Source: an uncultured Fusobacteriaceae bacterium
GTDB lineage: Bacteria > Fusobacteriota > Fusobacteriia > Fusobacteriales > Fusobacteriaceae
NCBI GenBank assembly: GCA_947038515.1
Contig: CAMQWJ010000001.1
Span: 205,580-269,579 of the forward strand
DNA: 64,000 nucleotides
Reading direction: 5' to 3'
Part shown: piece by piece, positions 38,919-47,600 of the stretch
Layout of the letters: the number at the start of each line of letters is the position of its first letter
Numbering within the stretch: position 1 is the first letter of the stretch
Made by a program: the position numbers and the translations under genes
The notes under the pieces: model-generated
Told to the model about the DNA's origin: nothing
Database searches by the model: none
What the model saw: only the letters and a program-made list of their open reading frames with translations

Positions 38919-39514
38919 AAGATTATACTTCTAGAGATACCATTTATATGTATTCAAATACAGATGTTTTTAAAAATAAATTTGATATTCGTGACTTAAA
39001 AGATTTAAAAGAACAAGAAATGTTTTTCACCTCAATAAGAATAACTGACCTACAAATAAAACCTCTTTTGGGTGATTTAACATTTGAACATTTAAAAAAA
39101 ATTCATAAGTATATATTTCAAGACATATATGATTTTGCTGGTGAGACTAGAAAAGTTGATATAGAAAAAGGGAATAGTAAATTTTGTTGTTCCCAATATA
39201 TAGAAATAGAGGCAGAACGAATATTTAAAAAATTGGCGGAAGAAAAACATTACTCTGAATATAATTTTTTGCAATACAGTGAAAAAATAGCAAATTTTAT
39301 GGGTGATCTAATTGCATTACATCCTTTCCGTGAAGGGAATGGTAGAGCAAATAGAGAATATTTAAGAATTCTTTGTTGGAGGAATGGGTACGAACTAAAC
39401 TATAATTTTTTTTCAAAAGAAGAAATTTTGAAAGCAGATATTTTAGCTTTTAATGGTGATATATCTTTATTACTAGAATTGATAAATAAGGGACTAATAA
39501 ATAAAATTAAATAA
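38903..39514 (+). CDS. Fic/Doc family protein (class I Fic toxin, FicT/VbhT-like)
   Basis: Canonical Fic motif 'HPFREGNGRANR' (HPFx[DE]GNGRxxR). Confidence 0.8.
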   Translation: MVCDVKDYTSRDTIYMYSNTDVFKNKFDIRDLKDLKEQEMFFTSIRITDLQIKPLLGDLTFEHLKKIHKYIFQDIYDFAGETRKVDIEKGNSKFCCSQYIEIEAERIFKKLAEEKHYSEYNFLQYSEKIANFMGDLIALHPFREGNGRANREYLRILCWRNGYELNYNFFSKEEILKADILAFNGDISLLLELINKGLINKIK

Positions 39515-39532
39515 AGGAGTATTACCTAAATA

Positions 39533-39590
39533 AACTGTAACCATGAAACAGACACTTTTTTATATGTGTTCAGTTTTATGGTTACAGTTT
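39533..39590. repeat. ~55-bp palindromic element, copy 2 (inverted relative to copy 1)
   Basis: AACTGTAACCATGAAACAGACAC-loop-GTGTTCAGTTTTATGGTTACAGTTT. Its reverse complement matches copy 1, including the loop. Confidence 0.7.
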
Positions 39591-39598
39591 TTATTCCA

Positions 39599-40375
39599 TC
39601 ATATAGTTTTATGTAATGTAGTTCCACTAGCCTGATTAACAGGCATTAATGTTAAATCTGTTATTTGAATATTTTTTGGTAAATTACTTACATATAAAAC
39701 TGTTCCTGCCACATCTTCAGGAGTTAAAGCTTCTATTCCTTTATATACATTGTTAGCTCGTTCTTTGTCTCCCTTAAATCTCACTAGACTAAAATCAGTT
39801 TCTACCATTCCTGGTAATATTGTTGTTACCCTAATTTGAGTATCAACTAAATCAACTCTTAATCCATCACTTATAGTCTTAACAGCACTCTTTGAGGCAC
39901 AATAAATTCCACCACCTGCATAAGCATAATTACCTGCAACAGACCCCATATTTATAACATGTCCTTCTATATTATTTTCTTTCATTAAAGGAACAATCAG
40001 TTTAATCATATACAAAATTCCTTTTATGTTAGTATCTATAACATTATCAATATCATCCTCTTCATTTAAATATATTTTTTCTAATCCTAGAGCAAGTCCT
40101 CCATTATTTATCAAAATATCTATTTTCTTGAATTGATCAGGTAATGATTCTATTTTTTCCTTTAAAACTTTAAAATTTCTAAGATCACAAACACAAATAA
40201 AAGCATTTACTGAAAACTTTGTTTCAATCATTTCTTTTAATTCTTTTAAAGCTTCTTCATTTCTTCCCATCAAAATCAAGTTAGATCCATGTTCTGCATA
40301 TTTAATAGCTATAGATTTTCCTATCCCATTACTTGCACCAGTAACTAATACTACTTTTCCCTTTAAATTGTTCAT
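39599..40375 (-). CDS. Short-chain dehydrogenase/reductase (SDR)
   Basis: 'VLVTGASNGIGKS' cofactor motif, 'NNGG', catalytic 'YCASK'. Confidence 0.85.
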   Translation of the reverse strand: MNNLKGKVVLVTGASNGIGKSIAIKYAEHGSNLILMGRNEEALKELKEMIETKFSVNAFICVCDLRNFKVLKEKIESLPDQFKKIDILINNGGLALGLEKIYLNEEDDIDNVIDTNIKGILYMIKLIVPLMKENNIEGHVINMGSVAGNYAYAGGGIYCASKSAVKTISDGLRVDLVDTQIRVTTILPGMVETDFSLVRFKGDKERANNVYKGIEALTPEDVAGTVLYVSNLPKNIQITDLTLMPVNQASGTTLHKTI

Positions 40376-40475
40376 AATTTTCCTCCTTAAAATAAATTAA
40401 ATATCAAAATTTTGAAAAACAATTCAGTTTTTATTTGATAAGGTATAGTATAACTTCTTCTTTTTTAAGTCAACT

Positions 40476-40889
40476 TTAATTTTTATATGATTCTATTAAA
40501 TGTTTTACTATTGGAATATCTGCTGGAACCCAAACTAAAGATAATAAACTTTCTGGTTTAAGCCAAAGATATGCTTCATGCTCATTAAGTGTAAGTTTCC
40601 CTGCAATAATATCACATTCAAAACAAGTTAAATTAATAATAAAATTTTCTCGTTCACAAATTGTTTCCATTAAAATTTCTTTACTTTTTACTACTAAATC
40701 TAACTCTTCTTTAATCTCACGTTCTATTGCTTTTTCTTTTGTTTCGTTAGGTTCTATCTTACCGCCTGGAAATTCCCAATAATTTCCTAAATCTTTATCT
40801 TTATTTCTTAAAGTACAAAGAATTTCATTTCTTTCATTTTTAATAACTGCTCCTACAACATTTATTATTTTTTTATTGTTTATAGTCAT
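40476..40889 (-). CDS. NUDIX hydrolase (MutT-like)
   Basis: Nudix box 'GGKIEPNETKEKAIEREIKEELDL'. Its start ATG overlaps the stop of the upstream helicase-nuclease as ATGA. Confidence 0.8.
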   Translation of the reverse strand: MTINNKKIINVVGAVIKNERNEILCTLRNKDKDLGNYWEFPGGKIEPNETKEKAIEREIKEELDLVVKSKEILMETICERENFIINLTCFECDIIAGKLTLNEHEAYLWLKPESLLSLVWVPADIPIVKHLIESYKN

Positions 40890-43756
40890 ATAAATTTTTC
40901 CTCCGAAATCAAATATTCATAAAGATGAGGTTCTATTTCATTTTCCATTTCCAAAACATATTTTACTAAATAAGTTTCATCACTTTTTTTAGTTTTAGTT
41001 GCTTCTTTTACATTTTTAACTTTACCTAAATAATAAAAATTTTCACTATTAGTTTTTTTCAAAAATATCTGAATATTGTAATAATTATTTGCAATAAGTC
41101 CTTCTTTTGTAATTTTTCCTTTTCTCTCCAAGTCTCTATTATTTTTAGAAAACCAAGTTAAAGTTTTAGAATTCAAAATTTTATTATCATATGATGTAAA
41201 CGAACTACTCGAATCCAAAGTTATAAAAACAGTTACAATTTTCGACTCATCAAAAATATTGTATCCACTCACTTGCAATCCATTATTAAAATCAAGATTC
41301 AAATATCTATGAGCTTCCTCTTTTGTATAAGATTTAAAAAGTGTTATTGCTTTTTGGGATAATTGCTTATAATTTTTTTCTATATAATTAAAATTATACT
41401 CTAACAAATCTAAAATCAGTGTTTCAAAATACTTATTTTTATTAAGTGATTCTTTAAAATCTTTCTTTAATAAATATGTATTCTTCTCTCCTTTCTCTAC
41501 CAGTGGAAGATAAGATTTTATAGTTGAAAAACTTGTGAAAATTGTCTTCATTAAATGAGAAAAAGCATTTTTAATATTGTCTTCTTGATCATATAAATCA
41601 TGTTTTGTCTCTAATATTTTTTTTATTCTATCCTCATCAATAAAATCATTTTCTATTAAATATTTTAATATTTCAAATTCATGAACTCTTTTTCCTGGAG
41701 TAAAAAACTTAGAAATAAAATTCAAATAATTTTTTTCATTCTCTGACAATTTTTTTGAATAGGAATTATAATCTTTATCAAGTATGCTTAATACTTCATC
41801 ATAATTACCCTTATATTTTAAAACTACACTTGGTTCTATCATATTTTTAGTAAAAAAATCATTTAAATAAGGAGTTCTTCCCAATTGTTTCTTCAACAAA
41901 TTAAAATTTTCTTGAATATTTTTTTTTGTTGAAAAATTCGTATTATTAATATTTTTAAAAATTGTCTCTTTAACTATTTCATCAAAAACTACAGAACTTT
42001 GCCCTGGTATTAAATCTGTTCCACCAGTAATAAATCTTTTCATAAAATCTTTATCATAACTATTATTTTGAGAAATAGCGATAGGAACAAGAAAGTTTTT
42101 ATCATAATTTCCTATAAAATCCAATATCACTACAAACTCTTTATCGACACATTTTCGAAGCCCACGTCCAAGCTGTTGAATATACACTATAGATGAGTCT
42201 GTTTCTCTTAGAAGCACTACCTGGTTTATACAAGGTATATCTATTCCCTCATTAAAAATATCAACGGTAATAATATAATCTAGTTCTCCCTCTTCCAGTT
42301 CTTCAATACTATTCTCTCTTATACTTTCACTATCATCACCTGATAAAAATTTTGTTCTAAAATTATAATTATTAAGAGCTTCACTTAAAAGCTTCCCTTC
42401 TAATCTCCCAGAAACAAAAATTAATCCTTTAACAACTGGTCCACTAAATCCATAATATTTTATCTTTTCAACAATATGTCTTATTCTCTCTTCACTTACT
42501 AAATCATTAATTGTTGATGTTTTAGATATCTCTTTTCCATCAACAAAAATATCTGAAATACCAAAATAATGAAAAGGACACAGTAAATTTTCATTTAAAG
42601 CATCATGTAATCTAATTTCATAAGCAATAGTATGATTAAAAAGTTCATAAATATCAAATTCATCATTTCTTTCTGGTGTTGCTGTCATTCCAAGTAAAAA
42701 TTTAGGCTTAAAATAATCCATAATTTTTTGGTACGTGCTTGCTCCACCATGATGAACTTCATCTACAACTATATAATCAAAAAAATCTGGACTAAATTTT
42801 TTCAAATGTTCATCTTTATTCAAAGTCTGAACCATACAAAAAAAATAATTTGAATTAAGGTCTGAATTAGCTTCATAAATTTCCATTTTGGTATGAGGTA
42901 TAATAGTTTCAAAAGTCTGCTTTGCTTTTGTTAAAATATTTTTTCTATGAGCAAGAAATAACATTTTTTTTGGTTTAACTTTTTTCACATCAAAAGCAGT
43001 TAAAAAAGTTTTCCCTGTTCCTGTTGCACTAATTAAAAGAGCTTTTTCTTTTCCTTGTTTTCTAAGTAATTCAATATTTAAAAGAGCCTCTTGCTGCATA
43101 AAGTTGGGTTTTATAATTTTTTTATTATTAGTACGACTATCTCTATTCCCCATTGGCAAATATCTTTTTTCTCTAAAAGCCTCATAAAGTTCATTATATT
43201 CACTTACCTCGTATTCTGTAAGTGGTTCTAATGAATTATAAAGATAATTAAACTCTTCTAAAATTTCTTTAACAATTTTTCCTTTATCTAAAGAGGTTAT
43301 CTTAAAGTTCCATTCATGATTAGTTGTTAAAGCATTTTGAGTAAGGTTACTACTTCCAACTATTAAGCTCCAAACATTATTTTTTCTAAAGAAAAAACCT
43401 TTAGCATGAAGATTTTCTCCTTTTAAAAGTCTCAGTTTAATATTTTTAAATTCTAATAACCTAGATAATGCTTTTGGTTGTGAAAAATTAAGATAATCTC
43501 CTGTTAATATTTTACCTTTAATTCCTCTTTTTTCTAAAATTCTTAATTGTTCCAATAGTAATATTAATCCACTTTCTGTTATAAAAGCTACTGAAATCAA
43601 AAATTCATCACACTCTTCCAATTCCTGACGAATTGTCATTACAATTTGTTCTTTTCTATTTGTCAATAATCTATGTTGATAAGAATAATTAGAATTCGTT
43701 TCTCTACTAATTAAACTTGTTTCTGCACTTTTTAAAATTTCCCTTGATACTATCAT
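40886..43756 (-). CDS. PLD-like nuclease / SF2 (ResIII-type DEVH) helicase / long uncharacterised C-terminal domain (DUF3427-like architecture)
   Basis: N-terminal PLD-like 'LHAKGFFF...GSSNLT', Walker A 'ISATGTGKT', 'VVDEVHHGG', a helicase-C block, and a ~330-aa C-terminal extension. Confidence 0.8.
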   Translation of the reverse strand: MIVSREILKSAETSLISRETNSNYSYQHRLLTNRKEQIVMTIRQELEECDEFLISVAFITESGLILLLEQLRILEKRGIKGKILTGDYLNFSQPKALSRLLEFKNIKLRLLKGENLHAKGFFFRKNNVWSLIVGSSNLTQNALTTNHEWNFKITSLDKGKIVKEILEEFNYLYNSLEPLTEYEVSEYNELYEAFREKRYLPMGNRDSRTNNKKIIKPNFMQQEALLNIELLRKQGKEKALLISATGTGKTFLTAFDVKKVKPKKMLFLAHRKNILTKAKQTFETIIPHTKMEIYEANSDLNSNYFFCMVQTLNKDEHLKKFSPDFFDYIVVDEVHHGGASTYQKIMDYFKPKFLLGMTATPERNDEFDIYELFNHTIAYEIRLHDALNENLLCPFHYFGISDIFVDGKEISKTSTINDLVSEERIRHIVEKIKYYGFSGPVVKGLIFVSGRLEGKLLSEALNNYNFRTKFLSGDDSESIRENSIEELEEGELDYIITVDIFNEGIDIPCINQVVLLRETDSSIVYIQQLGRGLRKCVDKEFVVILDFIGNYDKNFLVPIAISQNNSYDKDFMKRFITGGTDLIPGQSSVVFDEIVKETIFKNINNTNFSTKKNIQENFNLLKKQLGRTPYLNDFFTKNMIEPSVVLKYKGNYDEVLSILDKDYNSYSKKLSENEKNYLNFISKFFTPGKRVHEFEILKYLIENDFIDEDRIKKILETKHDLYDQEDNIKNAFSHLMKTIFTSFSTIKSYLPLVEKGEKNTYLLKKDFKESLNKNKYFETLILDLLEYNFNYIEKNYKQLSQKAITLFKSYTKEEAHRYLNLDFNNGLQVSGYNIFDESKIVTVFITLDSSSSFTSYDNKILNSKTLTWFSKNNRDLERKGKITKEGLIANNYYNIQIFLKKTNSENFYYLGKVKNVKEATKTKKSDETYLVKYVLEMENEIEPHLYEYLISEEKFI

Positions 43757-43968
43757 TTTATTCTCCTAACTTAAATATTATTATTTTTATTCATAAAAAA
43801 TAACCTTGATAAATAGAGTATACCAATCTCTATCTATAGTTGTAAAGGTTTTATTGTTCTAGTTTTTTATAAAAATAGCAATTTGACTTTCAATATAATA
43901 GGGCGTATAATATTTTTAGGTATTAATTTTTTATTATTATTTTATTTTTTAAAATTAGGAGGAATCTC

Positions 43969-44613
43969 ATGATATCAGAAAAATTAACTCTCTTAAGAGA
44001 AAATTTTAAAAACAATGCTTCTCCTGAAGCGAAAAAAATTATTATGAATAGTTTAAATGAGCTAAAAACAAAGAAAATTTTAGAAACTTCTTTAAAAATT
44101 GGTGATAAAATACCCAACTTTACTTTATCAAACTCAGAAAATATAAATATTAATTCTGATGATTTATTATCTAAGGGCGAGCTTATTATCAATTTTTATA
44201 GAGGTAGTTGGTGACCATACTGTGCCATAGAGCTTGGAGGTTTCCAAGACATATTAACAAAAATTAGAAGTAAAGGAGCAGAAATAATTGCCCTCTCTCC
44301 TGAATTACCAGAAAAATCTTCTGTTTTTAAAAAAAAATTAAGTCTTGATTATGAAATTCTTACTGATAAAAATAACGAAATTGCAAAAGCTTTTGGAATT
44401 TCATTTACTTTAGATGACGAATTGATAGAACTTTATAAGGAGTTCTCTATTGATTTGAAAATATCTAATGGTACTAACAATTGGGAACTACCTGTTCCTG
44501 CAACATACATAATTAGTCGTGAAGGAATTATTCTTTTTTCCTGGTTAGATTTAGATTATACCAAAAGGGTTGAACCAGAGGATATTTATGCTCTTTTAAG
44601 TGATAAAAATTAA
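43969..44613 (+). CDS. Peroxiredoxin-like (AhpC/TSA, redoxin) thiol-disulfide oxidoreductase with in-frame TGA at 44212-44214 (putative selenocysteine; W-U-P-Y-C)
   Basis: ORFs 43969-44214 and 44422-44613 are in the same frame. No other stop lies between them. The TGA replaces the first Cys of the 'FYRGSW-C-PYC' active site. Confidence 0.5.
44233..44248 (+). promoter_or_regulatory. Candidate bacterial SECIS apical stem-loop (CTTGGA-GGTT-TCCAAG) 19 nt downstream of the in-frame TGA
   Basis: Perfect 6-bp stem with a GGUU apical loop. The G-U in the loop and the distance to the UGA fit the bacterial SECIS model. Confidence 0.45.
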
Positions 44614-44773
44614 ATATTTTATTGAATAAAAAATTAAAACCTATAGAAAGAATTAAAAAATAAAATCTTACCCTAGAGATTGGGGAATAATAGTATTATT
44701 AGAATAATCAATAAAAAATGGGTCGAATTCTATTCTTCCCATTTTTTTAATTCTAAATATTCTTTTAAAAGAA

Positions 44774-45121
44774 TTAAAATGTTATAACTTTAATTCCATT
44801 TTTTAAATACTCTGTTAAAGGTATTCCCATATAAATAACTTTTAGTTCCAATTTGTTTTCTAAAATATCAGTTACTCCATACTCATCTGCACAGGCACGA
44901 CAAGCTAAAACTTCAACTCCAGACTCTTTGATAACTCTCAGATAATTTTGAATTTCTATATTTTCACTTAAAAGTTTAGTTGAAGGTCCCCAAACAACTA
45001 AAGTTACTTCTTCCCACCATGATTTTAATTTAGAGTTTAATGTATACATAAATACCATTTTTAAGGCAACTTCTATATCTGAACTTGTCCATAAAACTAC
45101 TAATTTTTCATCATTTTTCAT
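44774..45121 (-). CDS. DsrE/DsrF-like (YchN-fold) sulfur-relay family protein
   Basis: 115 aa; family-size protein with conserved Cys ('ACRACADEYG'). Confidence 0.55.
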   Translation of the reverse strand: MKNDEKLVVLWTSSDIEVALKMVFMYTLNSKLKSWWEEVTLVVWGPSTKLLSENIEIQNYLRVIKESGVEVLACRACADEYGVTDILENKLELKVIYMGIPLTEYLKNGIKVITF

Positions 45122-45142
45122 AAGTATTATCTCCTTTTTTAA

Positions 45143-46219
45143 TTATAGAAAAATACAAATTGACCCTTTTGGTCCGAAACATTTATTGCATGAAATACAT
45201 TTAGATGTTTTATCTGATTCTAATTTCCATTTTTCTATTAAATCTGGTTCTCTAAGAAGTGGTCTAGCCATTGAAATATATTCTATATTTCCTTTATTCA
45301 GCACTTCTTCAATATTTTCAAGAGTACGATGACCACCAATTAAAGAGATTGGAGTTGAAATTATATCCGATATTTTTAATGCAAACTCTTTAAAGTATGC
45401 TTCTTTTTCTGGACCATCTATTCGAGTTCTAATAACTCCTTCATATTTTCTTGAAGTTGCATTTCCACCACTTACTTCAATAAGATCAATTCCTTCTTCA
45501 GATAGTTTTTTACAAACCCACATCATATCATCAGTTGTAGCTCCACCATCCATAAAATCTTCACAATTAACTTTAATAAAAATAGGGAAATCTCCTACTT
45601 TTTTTCTTACCTCTGCATATACTTCAAAAAGAAATCTTGATCTATTCTCAATACTTCCTCCATATTCATCTTCTCTCTTATTAAAAAATGGATTTATAAA
45701 TTGACTAATCAGGTATCCGTGAGCTCCATGTAATTGAACAGCATCAAAATTTGCTTCTTTAGCCCTTTGAGCTGCCTCTGCAAATTTTTCAACCAATTTT
45801 TTAATATCTTCTTTAGACAGCTCTTGAGCTTCTAGCTTCGTTACAGGATTAATATGAACCGAAGGTCCAACTATCTTTTTACTTATCCCTGGGCTTCCCT
45901 GAGAACCTCCTACAACTATTTGCAATACAATATTAGCTCCATTTTCATGAACTGTTTTTGTTAATTTTTGCAATCCTGGTATAAAGCTATCATCGTATGC
46001 AGATATCATATTATGAGCTGGTCTATCATAATCAACTATAGAGGTAAATCCAGTTATAATTGTTCCTACACCTCCAACAGCTAATTTTTTATAAAATTCT
46101 ATTAGATTCTCTGTTACATAACCTTTTTCATCTGAAAATCCTTCCCAAATTGCACTTCTAATAATTCTATTTTTAAATTCCATCTTTTTTATTTTTGTTT
46201 TATCAAATATAGTTTTCAT
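45143..46219 (-). CDS. NADH:flavin oxidoreductase, Old Yellow Enzyme family
   Basis: OYE TIM-barrel pattern ('HGAHGYLISQF'). C-terminal Cys cluster 'CISCNKC...C'. Confidence 0.85.
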   Translation of the reverse strand: MKTIFDKTKIKKMEFKNRIIRSAIWEGFSDEKGYVTENLIEFYKKLAVGGVGTIITGFTSIVDYDRPAHNMISAYDDSFIPGLQKLTKTVHENGANIVLQIVVGGSQGSPGISKKIVGPSVHINPVTKLEAQELSKEDIKKLVEKFAEAAQRAKEANFDAVQLHGAHGYLISQFINPFFNKREDEYGGSIENRSRFLFEVYAEVRKKVGDFPIFIKVNCEDFMDGGATTDDMMWVCKKLSEEGIDLIEVSGGNATSRKYEGVIRTRIDGPEKEAYFKEFALKISDIISTPISLIGGHRTLENIEEVLNKGNIEYISMARPLLREPDLIEKWKLESDKTSKCISCNKCFGPKGSICIFL

Positions 46220-47175
46220 TAGTTTCTCCTTTTTTTCTTTAAGATATATATTATTATCATTCCAATTAGAAAAGAAAAAATTATTATATAATGATAAATA
46301 TTAGTTCTCTTCTCATAATATAAATTTAGTTCTTCCTTTCCTTCTACAATACCTTGAATAGCAGCTTTTTGCTTTATATTCAACATGGATATCACAGGTA
46401 TTTTTTTCTTTGTATAATATTTTTCTAATTGTTCGTGTAACAAATTGCCACCAATATTAAAAAAAAATTTAATTTCTCCAAAATCATTAAAAAATTCTAT
46501 TCTTTCTTTCAAATTTTCTTTATAATCTTCATTATAAAATTTTTTAATATCTAATTTTTCTATTCTTTTCTCAATTTTCCTTTTTATTTCATCATCAAAA
46601 TTTTTACCAAGATCACTATCTCCACCTAATGAATAAGCATTTATAAAATTTTTAATCATTCCTTTTTCTTTCAAAAAATAAGCCATCTCCAAAAATGTAA
46701 ACTCTTCATTATTTGCTCCATACATAGAGGAACCTATTGAATTAACAATTATAGCTCTCAACTCTAAAATATCTAATGCAGAAATTAATGAAATATTCAT
46801 TCCAGGGAATGAACTTGACATATTCACTGCGACTAGATCACCTTTTTTTAAACCTTTTTTCTTTAATACTTTAACAAAATAACTAGAAAAATTAGGATTT
46901 GTTGATATTTTTTTACTTTCTAAATCACCTAATGTTGTTGTTATTCCTGTAAATTCTTCTCCTATCATTCCTGTTTTCTTTAAATCTATTTCTTCATCAA
47001 TAAATATTCCTCTTCTCAATTTTTCACAATAGATCTCTTCATACAGTTTCAAAGTATTTTTTTTAGCCTTTAACATTTCATTATGATAGATTACTTTCTC
47101 ACGATAGATATTTTTATCCATCATAAATAGTACAACTATTATGACACATAGAATATAAGTAAACTTGTTTTTCAT
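46219..47175 (-). CDS. Poly-gamma-glutamate system protein (PgsAA-like accessory)
   Basis: N-terminal TM anchor. Sits directly downstream of pgsB-pgsC in the same operon, with an overlapping stop/start. Confidence 0.45.
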   Translation of the reverse strand: MKNKFTYILCVIIVVLFMMDKNIYREKVIYHNEMLKAKKNTLKLYEEIYCEKLRRGIFIDEEIDLKKTGMIGEEFTGITTTLGDLESKKISTNPNFSSYFVKVLKKKGLKKGDLVAVNMSSSFPGMNISLISALDILELRAIIVNSIGSSMYGANNEEFTFLEMAYFLKEKGMIKNFINAYSLGGDSDLGKNFDDEIKRKIEKRIEKLDIKKFYNEDYKENLKERIEFFNDFGEIKFFFNIGGNLLHEQLEKYYTKKKIPVISMLNIKQKAAIQGIVEGKEELNLYYEKRTNIYHYIIIFSFLIGMIIIYILKKKRRN

Positions 47176-47600
47176 ATAATTCCTTCTACTAAAATAATAA
47201 TACTTTTCATAACTATACTTAAAATAATTAAAGAAGGCAATACTCTTTTCACTCCATTTTTCTCAAAATCCTGAGCCAAAATAGCAGGAATCAATATCCC
47301 TATTATAGCACTTCCTATCAAAATTTCCAAATCAAGATACCAAAATATTTTTTTTATAGCAAAAGATAACACAATATATATTGCAAATTTTCTTCTTCCG
47401 AAAAGGATTAAATAATTTTCTAATATTTTAACTGTATAAAATAATAAAAGTGAAATTAAAACTGTTAAAATTATTCTTTGAGGCTCATTAAAAAAAAGAG
47501 CAAAATATCCTGGAACAATCATTCCACCAGGTGACATTTCAGTTATTTCATAAAAAAATATACTTAAAATTACTCCTAAGACAACTATTGTCTCATTCAT
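47172..47600 (-). CDS. pgsC: Poly-gamma-glutamate biosynthesis membrane protein PgsC/CapC
   Basis: 142-aa 4-TM protein, the size and position of CapC. Confidence 0.6.
   Translation of the reverse strand: MNETIVVLGVILSIFFYEITEMSPGGMIVPGYFALFFNEPQRIILTVLISLLLFYTVKILENYLILFGRRKFAIYIVLSFAIKKIFWYLDLEILIGSAIIGILIPAILAQDFEKNGVKRVLPSLIILSIVMKSIIILVEGII

Noticed and set aside
43969-44613. Treating 43969-44214 and 44422-44613 as two independent small genes
   Set aside because: They are in the same frame and separated only by a single TGA at the catalytic Cys position. Together they form a full-length redoxin fold. Two separate genes, the second with a TTG start and no RBS, are less parsimonious than one read-through or Sec gene, or a pseudogene.
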